From Octadecabacter sp. SW4 (GTDB lineage Bacteria; Pseudomonadota; Alphaproteobacteria; Rhodobacterales; Rhodobacteraceae), in assembly GCF_008065155.1 (NCBI RefSeq), contig NZ_CP042819.1, positions 2,330,922-2,362,921 on the forward strand: a stretch of 32,000 nucleotides of DNA, written 5' to 3'. How positions within the stretch are numbered: position 1 is the stretch's first letter; every line of letters starts with the position of its first letter. A model generated the notes under the pieces. It was not told the origin of the DNA and did not search any database. It saw only the letters and a program-made list of their open reading frames with translations. The translations under genes and the position numbers were made by a program. Of this stretch, positions 19,191 through 30,132 are shown piece by piece.

Positions 19191-19631
19191 ATGACCGACC
19201 TTGATACAACCGACCGGCAAATCCTGTCCCTTTTGGGCAGCAACGCCCGGATGCCCGTGGCGAAACTGGCCGCGCAGCTGAAACTTGCCCGCACCACCGT
19301 GCAGGCCCGCCTTGACCGGCTGGAACGCAGCGGCACGATTGCCGGTTATACCCTGCGGCTGTCGGACGATGCGCAGGCGGGCATGATCCGGGCGACCGTG
19401 CTGATCAAGATCAAGCCATCGGCGCAAACGGCGGTGCTGACCCACCTGCGCCATCTGCCCGCCGTGGAAAAAGTACATACCACATCTGGCCGGTTTGATC
19501 TGACCTGCCAATTGCGCACCGCATCGACGTTGGAACTGGATGAAACGCTGGACAGGATCGGCGCGATAGCAGGGGTCGAAAGCTCGGAATCGCTGATCCA
19601 TTTGTCCACGCGGATTGATCGCGCCGTCTGA
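19191..19631 (+). CDS. Lrp/AsnC-family transcriptional regulator
   Basis: MTDLDTTDRQILSLLGSNARMPVAKLAAQLKLARTTVQARLDRLERSGTIAGY... The start is ATG 19191 (or 19179). It is divergent from the decarboxylase. Confidence 0.85.
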   Translation: MTDLDTTDRQILSLLGSNARMPVAKLAAQLKLARTTVQARLDRLERSGTIAGYTLRLSDDAQAGMIRATVLIKIKPSAQTAVLTHLRHLPAVEKVHTTSGRFDLTCQLRTASTLELDETLDRIGAIAGVESSESLIHLSTRIDRAV

Positions 19632-19697
19632 CCCTTTCCCTTGCCCGCTGCATTGGGTATTCCCCCATTCAAACCAGATGGGACAGAACCGATGCCA

Positions 19698-22600
19698 ATG
19701 GAAAAGACATTCGATTCAGCGATTGCCGAAGGGCGTATTTACGCCGCGTGGGAGGCCGCAAACGCCTTTGCCGCAGGGGCCAATGCCAGCCGCGACGAAA
19801 CGTTCTGCATCATGTTGCCCCCACCCAATGTGACCGGTTCGCTACACGTCGGTCACGCCTTCAACCACACGCTGATGGACATTCTGACCCGCTGGAAACG
19901 GATGCAGGGCTTTGACACCCTCTGGCAGCCGGGGCTGGACCACGCGGGGATCGCCACGCAGCTGATGGTGGAAAAGGAACTTGCCGACACCCAGCAACCC
20001 AAGCGGGTTGACCTGGGCCGCGAAGCATTTTTGAAAAAGGTCTGGGACTGGAAAGCCGCCAAGGGTGGCACCATCGAACAACAGGCCCGCCGTTTGGGCG
20101 ACAGCATGGATTGGTCGCGCTCGGCTTTTACCATGTCGGGGGCCGAAACCGCGCCCGACACCGAAAAGGACGGCAATTTCCACGATGCCGTGATCCGCGT
20201 TTTCGTCGATATGTATGACAAGGGGCTGATCTATCGCGGCAAGCGGCTGGTCAACTGGGATCCGCATTTTGAAACGGCGATTTCCGATCTCGAGGTCGAA
20301 AACATCGAAGTCGACGGCCATATGTGGCACTTCAAATATCCGCTCGCGGGTGGTGAAACCTATGAATACGTTGAAAAAGACGCGGACGGGAACATCACCC
20401 TGCGCGAGGTCCGTGATTATATTTCCATCGCCACGACCCGCCCCGAAACCATGCTGGGGGATGGCGCGGTTGCCGTGCATCCCAGTGATGAACGCTATGC
20501 CCCCATCATCGGCAAGCTGTGCGAAATACCCGTTGGCCCTGCTGAACACCGCCGGTTGATCCCGATCATCACCGACGAATACCCCGACAAGGATTTCGGA
20601 TCGGGTGCCGTGAAAATCACCGGCGCGCATGATTTCAACGACTACCAAGTCGCCAAGCGCGGCGGCATCCCGATGTATAACCTGATGGACACCAAGGGCG
20701 CGATGCGCGCCGACGGTGCCCCCTACGCCGAAGAAGCAGCCAAAGCCCAAGCCATTGCCAATGGCGAGGCTGATTTCACCGAGGCGTCCGTCGCCGCGAT
20801 GAACCTCGTGCCCGACGAATACCGCGGCCTTGACCGGTTCGAGGCGCGCAAACGCGTGGTCGCCGACATTACCGCCGAAGGGCTGGCCGTGTCGACGCTT
20901 GTCAAATCCATCGACCCTGAAACCAACTCCGAACATCTGGAAAAGGTGCCATACGTCGAAAACAAGAAAATCATGCAGCCCTTTGGTGACAGATCGAAAG
21001 TGGTGATCGAACCGATGCTGACCGATCAGTGGTTCGTGGACACCGACAAGATCGTCGGCCCCGCATTGGAGTCCGTGCGTCAGGGTAATGTGAAAATCAT
21101 CCCTGAATCGGGTGAAAAGGTGTTCTTTCACTGGCTTGAAAACATCGAGCCCTGGTGTATCTCGCGCCAGCTGTGGTGGGGCCACCAGATTCCGGTGTGG
21201 TATGGACCAGCCCAGGCAGCGGGCACCATTGGCGACGACGGCTTGATCGACATCGACGCGACCTACACCGCCGGCGGCAACAAGATCTTTTGCGCCGCGA
21301 CCGAGGCAGAAGTGATCACAATGGCTGCCGCGCATTACGACCTGCCCGTGCGCCTTGCCTCCGATGATGACGACATCACCGACGGCGAAGAAGTCGTGCT
21401 TTACCGCGACCCAGACGTGCTCGACACATGGTTCTCCTCTGGCCTCTGGCCGTTCGGCACGCTGGGCTGGCCCGAGGACACGCCCGAATTGCACAAATAC
21501 TTCCCCGGCGATGTGTTGATCACGGGGCAGGATATCCTGTTCTTCTGGGTCGCGCGGATGATGATGATGTCGCAAGCGGTGCTGCACGAAAACCCGTTCC
21601 ACACGGTCTATCTTCACCAGCTCGTGCGCGACGCCAAGGGCGAGAAGATGTCAAAAACCCGTGGCAACGTCATTGACCCCCTTGATATGATTGACCTTTA
21701 CGGCGCCGATGCCCTGCGCATGTCCAACGCCGCGATGGCGGCGATCGGTGGTGTGCTGAAAATCTCGGAAGACCGGATCAAGGGCTATCGCAACTTTGGC
21801 ACGAAACTTTGGAACGCCTGCCGTTTTGCGGAAATGAATGAGGCCGTGGGCAGCGATGGCACGATCCCCCAGCCCAGCGCCCCCGTGAACAAATGGATCA
21901 TCGGCGAGACGGGTCGCGTGCGCGAAGAGGTCGATGCCGCCCTCACCGCGTATCGTTTCAACGATGCGGCCAACGCGCTTTATGCCTTTGTCTGGGGCAA
22001 GGTCTGCGACAGGTATGTGGAACTGTCCAAGCCGCTGCTGATGGACGGGGACGCCACCGCCAAGGCCGAAACTCAGGCGACAATGGCATGGGTGCTCGAC
22101 CAGTGCCTGATCCTGCTGCACCCGATCATGCCCTTCATCACCGAAGAATTGTGGGGCATCCTTGGCAGTCGCGCCAAAATGCTGGTCCACGCCGATTGGC
22201 CGACCTACACGGCAGCCGATCTGGTCGACGCCGAGGCCGACGCCGAACTGCGCTGGACCATCGCCATGATCGAAGGTGTGCGATCAGCCCGCGCGCAGAT
22301 GAACGTGCCTGCAGGCTTGAAAATTCCGGTGTTGCGCCTGAACACGGACGCGGCCGCACAGGTGGCGTGGGACAACAACCAAGTGATGATCAAACGCCTT
22401 GCGCGGATTGATAGCATGACGGCTGTCGATGAAGCTCCCAAAGGCTCGCTCACCGTCGCCACACCGGGCGCGACATTCGCGCTGCCGCTGGCCGATATCA
22501 TCGACGTGGACGCGGAAAAAGAACGCATCGCCAAAAGCTTGGGCAAGGTTGAAAAGGAAGCGGGCGGATTGCGGGGCCGGTTGAACAACCCCAAATTCGT

Positions 22601-22709
22601 GGAATCCGCGCCTGATGAAATCGTCGCCGAGGCACAGGCAAATCTGGCCCTGCGCGAAGAGGAAATCGCACAGCTATCCGCCGCCTTGGACCGTTTGAAC
22701 GAAATCTAG
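19698..22709 (+). CDS. valS: valyl-tRNA synthetase
   Basis: ORF 19641-22709. The MEKTF start at 19698 matches the usual ValRS N-terminus (19692 is also possible). HIGH region [10 protein letters not shown]; KMSKTRGN; C-terminal coiled coil. Confidence 0.95.
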   Translation: MEKTFDSAIAEGRIYAAWEAANAFAAGANASRDETFCIMLPPPNVTGSLHVGHAFNHTLMDILTRWKRMQGFDTLWQPGLDHAGIATQLMVEKELADTQQPKRVDLGREAFLKKVWDWKAAKGGTIEQQARRLGDSMDWSRSAFTMSGAETAPDTEKDGNFHDAVIRVFVDMYDKGLIYRGKRLVNWDPHFETAISDLEVENIEVDGHMWHFKYPLAGGETYEYVEKDADGNITLREVRDYISIATTRPETMLGDGAVAVHPSDERYAPIIGKLCEIPVGPAEHRRLIPIITDEYPDKDFGSGAVKITGAHDFNDYQVAKRGGIPMYNLMDTKGAMRADGAPYAEEAAKAQAIANGEADFTEASVAAMNLVPDEYRGLDRFEARKRVVADITAEGLAVSTLVKSIDPETNSEHLEKVPYVENKKIMQPFGDRSKVVIEPMLTDQWFVDTDKIVGPALESVRQGNVKIIPESGEKVFFHWLENIEPWCISRQLWWGHQIPVWYGPAQAAGTIGDDGLIDIDATYTAGGNKIFCAATEAEVITMAAAHYDLPVRLASDDDDITDGEEVVLYRDPDVLDTWFSSGLWPFGTLGWPEDTPELHKYFPGDVLITGQDILFFWVARMMMMSQAVLHENPFHTVYLHQLVRDAKGEKMSKTRGNVIDPLDMIDLYGADALRMSNAAMAAIGGVLKISEDRIKGYRNFGTKLWNACRFAEMNEAVGSDGTIPQPSAPVNKWIIGETGRVREEVDAALTAYRFNDAANALYAFVWGKVCDRYVELSKPLLMDGDATAKAETQATMAWVLDQCLILLHPIMPFITEELWGILGSRAKMLVHADWPTYTAADLVDAEADAELRWTIAMIEGVRSARAQMNVPAGLKIPVLRLNTDAAAQVAWDNNQVMIKRLARIDSMTAVDEAPKGSLTVATPGATFALPLADIIDVDAEKERIAKSLGKVEKEAGGLRGRLNNPKFVESAPDEIVAEAQANLALREEEIAQLSAALDRLNEI

Positions 22710-22722
22710 GACTGCTGCGCGC

Positions 22723-22887
22723 CTAGGGCATCAATCGCTCTACGGCGCGCATCATCCCCAGCTGCTTGTCGTAAACCAGCGTCAGAATACGCCGCCCGCC
22801 CCTGCGCGTGGCCAGTGTCGGCACCGCGCGCAGCGCCACCGCCGCGCCGGTTGCCGTCAAAAAGCCGCGTCGTGTCAGTTTCGCCAT
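22723..22887 (-). CDS. 54-aa ORF with a twin-arginine (Tat) signal-like N-terminus
   Basis: My own translation: MAKLTRRGFLTATGAAVALRAVPTLATRRGGRRILTLVYDKQLGMMRAVERLMP*. AAGGGGG lies 8 nt upstream of the ATG (complement of 22885-22887). GC3 is high. It is below the track's size cut-off. Confidence 0.55.
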   Translation of the reverse strand: MAKLTRRGFLTATGAAVALRAVPTLATRRGGRRILTLVYDKQLGMMRAVERLMP

Positions 22888-22975
22888 TGGGAAAATCCCC
22901 CTTGTTGCGATTCATTCGCATTTAAGACTGCATTAACCTCTTTGCAAAGGGGACAAGGCGCGGTTATCTCCCCCT

Positions 22976-24088
22976 ATGACAGATGATCCGCGCCTGACCC
23001 CGCTCGCCGCTGCCCTGCCCGCCAGCGTCCCCTTTGTTGGACCCGAAGCGCAGGAGCGCGCGCGTGGTGCCCCCTTTATCGCCCGTCTGGGTGCGAATGA
23101 ATCCGTTTTCGGCCCCTCGCCCAAGGCCATCACAGCGATGAAGGCCGCAGCCAGCGATGTCTGGAAATACGCAGATCCCGAAAGCCATGATCTGCGTGTC
23201 GCCCTTGCCACCCATCACGGCATTGCGCCCGAACACATCATGATCGCCGAAGGCATCGACACGCTGTTGGGTCTGTTAGTGCGCTTGCTGGTCGGCCCGG
23301 GCGATACCGTGGTCACAAGTGCCGGGGCCTATCCGACGTTCAATTATCACGTTGCGGGCTTTGGCGGCATTCTCCACCAGATCGCCTATACCGGTGATTT
23401 CGAAGACCCCGATCACCTGACAACCAAGGCCCGCGAAGTGCGCGCCAAACTGATTTATCTGGCCAACCCCGACAATCCGATGGGCAGCGTCCATGACGCC
23501 AAAACGATCCGCCGGATGTTGAAATCCGTGCCCGATCACGCGCTTCTGGTGCTGGATGAAGCCTATATCGAATTGGCCCCCGACGACACCGCCGCCAAGA
23601 TTGACCCGACCGACACGCGCGTCATCCGCATGCGCACCTTTTCCAAGGGATACGGCATGGCGGGCGCGCGGATTGGCTATGCGATTGGCCCCGCGCCGCT
23701 GATTGCCGCCTTCAACAAGGTGCGTAACCATTTCGGGATGAACCGGATATCGCAGGCGGGCGCGCTGGCGGCCCTGGCCGATCAGGACTGGCTGGAACAG
23801 GTGCGCGCCAAAGTGATCGCGGCGCGTGACCGGATCGCTGAAATCGCTGCCGACAACGGTCTGATGGCGCTGCCGTCCGCCACGAATTTCGTTGCCGTAG
23901 ACTGCGGTGGGGATGGTAATTTTGCGCGCGGCGTTCTTTCTGGCCTTATTGAACGTGGTATTTTTGTCCGCATGCCCTTTGTTGCCCCGCAGGATCGCTG
24001 CATTCGCATTAGTTGCGGCACGAACGATGACCTTGATGCGCTGGCCGTTGCCCTGCCGCAGGCGCTGGCAGACGCACGTAAAAGTTAG
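22976..24088 (+). CDS. class I/II PLP aminotransferase, histidinol-phosphate aminotransferase (HisC) family
   Basis: 370 aa. Motifs RLGANESVFGPSP, NPDNPMG, FSKGYGMAGARIGY (PLP Lys). Confidence 0.85.
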   Translation: MTDDPRLTPLAAALPASVPFVGPEAQERARGAPFIARLGANESVFGPSPKAITAMKAAASDVWKYADPESHDLRVALATHHGIAPEHIMIAEGIDTLLGLLVRLLVGPGDTVVTSAGAYPTFNYHVAGFGGILHQIAYTGDFEDPDHLTTKAREVRAKLIYLANPDNPMGSVHDAKTIRRMLKSVPDHALLVLDEAYIELAPDDTAAKIDPTDTRVIRMRTFSKGYGMAGARIGYAIGPAPLIAAFNKVRNHFGMNRISQAGALAALADQDWLEQVRAKVIAARDRIAEIAADNGLMALPSATNFVAVDCGGDGNFARGVLSGLIERGIFVRMPFVAPQDRCIRISCGTNDDLDALAVALPQALADARKS

Positions 24089-24140
24089 GTGAATTTTTAC
24101 GCAGCCGCGCTAATCTGACCCTGAGAGAAAGGGAAAACAG

Positions 24141-24314
24141 ATGCGTCAGCACCCGCAAGCCGTCGAAGATTATACAAACGCCTTTTTGGTTTCTTTTGGG
24201 GTCTTGTTGTTTATGACCCTGTTGACAGTCGCGTCACTGGCCGGCGGGCTGTGGATGTTTCTAACCGCTGTGGTGATCAACCGAGTGATCACCTGGCGCG
24301 GTCGTCGCTCCTGA
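24141..24314 (+). CDS. possible 57-aa two-TM membrane protein
   Basis: My own translation: MRQHPQAVEDYTNAFLVSFGVLLFMTLLTVASLAGGLWMFLTAVVINRVITWRGRRS*. A purine-rich stretch GAGAGAAAGGGAAAACAG lies directly upstream. It overlaps the 3' end of the convergent aminotransferase by 54 nt. GC3 is only moderate. Confidence 0.35.
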   Translation: MRQHPQAVEDYTNAFLVSFGVLLFMTLLTVASLAGGLWMFLTAVVINRVITWRGRRS

Positions 24315-25490
24315 TGCCTCCGCAATCACCTGCGTAGCTGCCGCAACCGCACCTTGACCGTGTGCGATGCCCAGCGCCTTTAGCCCTGCATCCATGCTGG
24401 CCAGCACACCCAGAACCATGTGCGCATTGACGTGCCCCATGTGGCCGATCCTGAAATAAGCATCCGCAGGCTCGCGCCCCAGTCCGATACCAAGGGTCAC
24501 GCCCGCCACCTGTTCCAGCCAGGCACGCAGCCGGTCCCCGTCCGGCGCACCGATCATCACCGAGGTAACGGCATGGGACCGGCGCGCAGGATCCGCAACA
24601 TTGAGCTCAAGCGGGCCACCCTGCCCCCAGACATCGCAGGCCGCCCAAACGGCGCGGGCCAGCACCGCGTGCCGGTGCCAGACGTTTTCCAAGCCCTCTT
24701 CCTTGATCATATCAAGGGCGGCGCGCAGCCCGAAAAGATGATGCGTCGGCGCCGTGCCATCGAAATGCTGCCAATACCCGTCGGGATTGACGCGCGGCGC
24801 CCAATCCCAATAACGGCTGACGCGGGGCATCTGCGCGCGCGCGGCGGCGGCCTTATCATTGAACCACACGAATCCCAGTCCCGGCGGCGTCATCAGCCCC
24901 TTTTGGCTGGCGGCGATGGTCACATCCACGCCCCAGGCGTCCATCTCGAAACGGTCGCAGCCCAGTGAAGCGATGCAGTCGGCCATCAGCAATGCGCCGT
25001 GGCCCGTGGCATCCATCACATCACGCAAACCCTTGATATCATTCTTGATACCTGTCGACGTATCGACAAACACCGCCAGAATCGCCTTGATCCGCCCGCC
25101 CTTGTCGGCGGCCAGGGTCTGTTCCACCTTGGCCAAATCAAACGCGTCCCGTTGGCCAAAGTCGTGCGTTTGCACGCTCACGCCCAAGCCCTCTGCCATT
25201 TCCGCCCAGCCGTGGCCAAACCGCCCCGTCGCCAGCACCAGAACCGTATCGCCGGGGGCCACGACGTTGCTTAGCGCTGCTTCCCAGGCCCCATGCCCGT
25301 TGGCGATATAGATCGCGACATGGTGATCGGTGCGGGCCACCGCGCGCAGGTCCGGCAGGATCGTGGCCGTCATGTCAAGCAATTCGCCCGTATAGATATT
25401 GGGCGCGGCGCGGTGCATCGCGTTCAACACGCGTTCGGGCATCACCGAGGGGCCGGGAATAGCCAGATAGGGGCGGCCATTGGATAGCAT
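24261..25490 (-). CDS. class V PLP aminotransferase (alanine-glyoxylate / serine-pyruvate aminotransferase family)
   Basis: 409 aa. Motifs LAIPGPSVMPERVLNAM and SQKGLMTPPGLGF (PLP Lys). GAGGA upstream of the ATG. Confidence 0.9.
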   Translation of the reverse strand: MLSNGRPYLAIPGPSVMPERVLNAMHRAAPNIYTGELLDMTATILPDLRAVARTDHHVAIYIANGHGAWEAALSNVVAPGDTVLVLATGRFGHGWAEMAEGLGVSVQTHDFGQRDAFDLAKVEQTLAADKGGRIKAILAVFVDTSTGIKNDIKGLRDVMDATGHGALLMADCIASLGCDRFEMDAWGVDVTIAASQKGLMTPPGLGFVWFNDKAAAARAQMPRVSRYWDWAPRVNPDGYWQHFDGTAPTHHLFGLRAALDMIKEEGLENVWHRHAVLARAVWAACDVWGQGGPLELNVADPARRSHAVTSVMIGAPDGDRLRAWLEQVAGVTLGIGLGREPADAYFRIGHMGHVNAHMVLGVLASMDAGLKALGIAHGQGAVAAATQVIAEASGATTAPGDHSVDHHSG

Positions 25491-25621
25491 AACGTCCTCG
25501 CTCAGGGGATTACTGCGGCGACATTACCCCCGCGTTGTCAGAGGTCAATCACTTGCCTTGCTTGCCCTTGCACCCCATTTGCGACTAGACCCGCATAAGC
25601 GCCACAGGAGCCCCGCCAAGA

Positions 25622-26304
25622 ATGCTGCAAAGCCTGCTACACAAGATCAACAGGTGGGAACGCAACCTGCACCATTCGTTCGGCACGGATATCACCGACC
25701 CGCGCGAACGGCGTAAATCGCGCTGGCATTACCACCTGTTTGATCACGGGTTTCTGCGCGCCTTCTGGACCAATTTCGATCAGGTCGCTGACGGCGTCTA
25801 TCGCTCGAACCAGCCCGATCACAGGCGCCTTGAAAAGGCCCGCGATTTGGGGGTCAAGGCAGTCCTGAACCTGCGCGGACCCAGCAAACACGCGCATTAT
25901 CTGTTTGAACGCGAAAGCTGTGCGGCCCTCGGATTGACATTGGTCGATATCCACTTCGATGCACGCAAGGCACCGCCACGCGACAACCTACTGGAACTGC
26001 TGGGTGTTTTTGACAAGATCGACCGCCCCTTCCTGATGCACTGCAAATCTGGCGCGGATCGTGCCGGGCTGGCCAGCGCGCTTTATCTGCTAGACCAAAC
26101 CGGCGCGGATCTGGCGGACGCGCGTGACCAACTGTCGTTCAAATACCTGCACCTGCGCGGATCACAGACCGGCGTGCTGGATCAGGTACTGGACGACTAC
26201 GCGGTCAGCAATGCCGCCACCCCGATCAGCATCCGCGACTGGATCACCACGCAGTATGACCCCGCCACCACCAGCGCGAATTTCGCGGCCAAACGGGGCA
26301 AGGC

Positions 26305-26308
<4 letters not shown>
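25622..26308 (+). CDS. PTP-fold (CX5R) phosphatase family protein
   Basis: 228 aa with P-loop HCKSGADRAG. AGGAG 12 nt upstream. The stop overlaps the next ATG (ATGA). Confidence 0.8.
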
Positions 26309-28051
<1,743 letters not shown>

Positions 28052-28059
<8 letters not shown>

Positions 28060-28777
28060 GCGCACCATTCTTGCCCTCACGGGCACTGACCGCACGGAGT
28101 TCCTGCAAGGGCTGGTGACAAACGACATCCGCCGCGCCGGGCTGGTCTACGGCGCGCTTTTGACACCGCAGGGCAAATATATCGCCGATTTCTTCACACT
28201 AGCGCAGCAGGATCGCATCCTGATCGACGTGGCCGCCAGCCATGCCCCTGCCCTTGCCCAACGCCTGACCATGTATCGCCTGCGCGCCGATGTGCAGATT
28301 GGGGAAACGGGGTTGATCGTCTCGCGTGGCACCGGTGAACGCCCCGGTGATGCCTTGGCTGATCCGCGCCACCCCGCCCTTGGCTGGCGTAGCTATGGCG
28401 ACGCTGACCTTAGTGACGATACCGATTGGGACGCCCTGCGCGTGGCCCACTGCATCCCCGAAACCGGCGTTGAACTGACCTCCGACACCTATATCCTCGA
28501 GGCCGGATTCGAACGCCTGCACGGCATAGATTTTCGCAAAGGCTGCTACGTTGGCCAGGAAATCGCCGCCCGCATGAAGCACAAGACCGAATTGCGCAAA
28601 GGGCTGCGCACCGTTGCAATCAACGGCACGGCCCCAATCGGCACCGACATTATGGCAGGCGACATGCCTGCGGGCACCCTGTTCACCCAAAGCGGCGATC
28701 AGGCCATCGCCTACTTGCGTTTTGATCGTGCGGTCGGTGCTATGGCGGCGCAGGACGCGACAATCACGTTGCCCTGA
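28052..28777 (+). CDS. ygfZ: YgfZ/CAF17-family folate-binding protein
   Basis: MTERTILALTGTDRTEFLQGLVTND... with the signature KGCYVGQE. ATG 28052 overlaps the ABC gene's 3' end by 8 nt. Confidence 0.85.
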
Positions 28778-28780
28778 CGC

Positions 28781-28808
28781 AAAAGGCCGCCCCAAGGCGG
28801 CCCTTTCC
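28781..28808. terminator. bidirectional intrinsic terminator between ygfZ and efp
   Basis: AAAA-GGCCGCC-CCAA-GGCGGCC-CTTTCC: 7-bp GC stem (28785-28791 / 28796-28802) flanked by A-run and T-run, so it reads as hairpin plus U-tract on both strands. Confidence 0.7.
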
Positions 28809-28824
28809 CGAATGTCCGAACCGC

Positions 28825-29388
28825 CTAGGCGCGTTCGGCGTATTCCATCGTTTCCGTGTTGACGATAATCGCCTCGTCCTGCCCGACAAAGGGCGGCACC
28901 ATGACCTTGACGCCATTGTCGAGCACGGCAGGTTTAAAGCTGTTGGCCGCAGTCTGGCCCTTCACCACAGGCTCGGTCTCGACAACGGTGCAGGTGACTT
29001 TTTGCGGCAAACGCACGCTCAATGCCTCGGACTCGTGGTATTCAACCACAGCCGTCATGCCGTCTTGCAGGAACGGGCGGCGATCACCCAGCAATTCGGC
29101 GGGCAATTCGATCTGATCAAAGGTTTCGGTGTCCATGAAGGTCAGCATCCCGTCGGATTCAAACAGGAACTGCTGGTCTTTCTGTTCAAGGCGCACCCGC
29201 TCGACTTTGTCGGCGCTGCGGAAGCGTTCATTCAGCTTGGAACCATTGCGCAGGTTGCGCAGTTCCACCTGTGCAAAGGCGCCGCCTTTGCCGGGTTTCA
29301 CGTGATCCACTTTGACAGCGGCCCACAGACCACCGTTGTGGTCAAGGACGTTGCCGATTTTGATTTCGTTACCGTTGATTTTGGGCAT
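28825..29388 (-). CDS. efp: elongation factor P
   Basis: 187 aa. [46 protein letters not shown]. Confidence 0.95.
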   Translation of the reverse strand: MPKINGNEIKIGNVLDHNGGLWAAVKVDHVKPGKGGAFAQVELRNLRNGSKLNERFRSADKVERVRLEQKDQQFLFESDGMLTFMDTETFDQIELPAELLGDRRPFLQDGMTAVVEYHESEALSVRLPQKVTCTVVETEPVVKGQTAANSFKPAVLDNGVKVMVPPFVGQDEAIIVNTETMEYAERA

Positions 29389-29500
29389 GGTGCAATTGTG
29401 TCAAATTCTTGTCAAAAGGTTGATAGAAGCTTGTCCGAGCCTATATCTCGGGGACGTGGGGGCTGCAAGACAACTATATACGGGCCGGATGGAAACAATT

Positions 29501-29565
29501 CTATGCACTGGGTGCATAGGTGGTATGCAAATACTGCTTCCCCGAATCGGGCAGAGTGTTGCATA
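29501..29565. promoter_or_regulatory. nested palindromes in the efp / 107-aa-gene spacer; candidate operator(s)
   Basis: CTATGCAC-TGG-GTGCATAG (29501-29519, perfect). TATGCAA (29524-29530) pairs with TTGCATA (29559-29565), and these enclose CCCGAATCGGG (29541-29551), which contains GANTC. Confidence 0.3.
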
Positions 29566-29612
29566 TTGCCCTTCATGCCAAAGATGCAAGACTAATAACA
29601 AAAGGAAGCGCA

Positions 29613-29936
29613 ATGAGAGATTTCGTTGACGGAACAGCCTTTAACAACGAGCAAGGCAACCGTGCGCGCAAACTGTTTGCTGCCGTCGTTTTGGCGGCGC
29701 TTGATGATGCAATTGCGGACGACAAGAAATATGGCAACGGCCCCGAACAGATCGCCCGCTGGGCGCGGTCGCGCGATGGTCGCGAAGTGTTGTCCTGTGC
29801 CGGGATCGACCCGAACGAACGTGTCGTCACCGGCCTGATGGATTTTGTTGGCAAGGGTGTGCGCACCTCTGTCGCCCTTTCGCGGGAAGAGAGCGAGCGG
29901 CGTCACGCTGCCGAACTGGAAGCGCAAGCCGCTTAA
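29613..29936 (+). CDS. hypothetical 107-aa protein, no family recognised
   Basis: MRDFVDGTAFNNEQGNRARKLFAAVVLAALDDAIADDKKYGNGPEQIARWARSRDGREVL... AAAGGAAG 6 nt upstream of ATG 29613. The in-frame upstream extension to 29520 has A/T-rich third positions. It has its own terminator. Confidence 0.7.
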   Translation: MRDFVDGTAFNNEQGNRARKLFAAVVLAALDDAIADDKKYGNGPEQIARWARSRDGREVLSCAGIDPNERVVTGLMDFVGKGVRTSVALSREESERRHAAELEAQAA

Positions 29937-29982
29937 CGCCCTCCTGCATCCTGACCCCCAAGCCTGTTGGGAGCGTCATGAA

Positions 29983-30016
29983 AACGCGGTCCTCTGCTCG
30001 GGGCCGCGTTTTTCGT
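29983..30016 (+). terminator. intrinsic terminator of the 107-aa gene
   Basis: AACGCGGTCC-TCTGCTCG-GGGCCGCGTT: 10-bp stem with one G.U pair, followed by TTTTCGTTT. Confidence 0.7.
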
Positions 30017-30132
30017 TTCCGGGACGCAGGTCAGACGGCTACCGGAACGCGGAAGGTCAAAAATGATCGTGGGTGCGTTCATGGTCTTCCCACGCCCGAC
30101 CTGCGCCCCTAGAACACTGGACAAGGGGGCAT

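Noticed and set aside
19842-21617. 591-aa minus-strand ORF
   Set aside because: It is antisense to valS, whose HIGH/KMSKS motifs fix the real frame. Shadow ORF.
22706-22921. 71-aa minus ORF that would share a CTAG stop with valS
   Set aside because: The translation is Arg/Gly/Ala-rich with no SD. The overlapping 54-codon frame has an SD, a Tat motif and better third-position bias, so I kept that one instead.
29520-29612. GTG-initiated 31-codon extension of the 107-aa ORF
   Set aside because: Third positions are A/T-rich (gta, aaa, aga, cta, ata, aca). It overlaps the palindromic spacer, and a strong SD precedes the internal ATG at 29613.
30017-30132. Cobalamin riboswitch upstream of cobQ
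   Set aside because: This was expected for a B12 gene, but I could not find a B12-box-like GCCACTG/AGGGAA core. Only about 115 nt remain after the upstream terminator, which is too short for the usual aptamer. A covariance-model scan (Rfam RF00174) would settle it.
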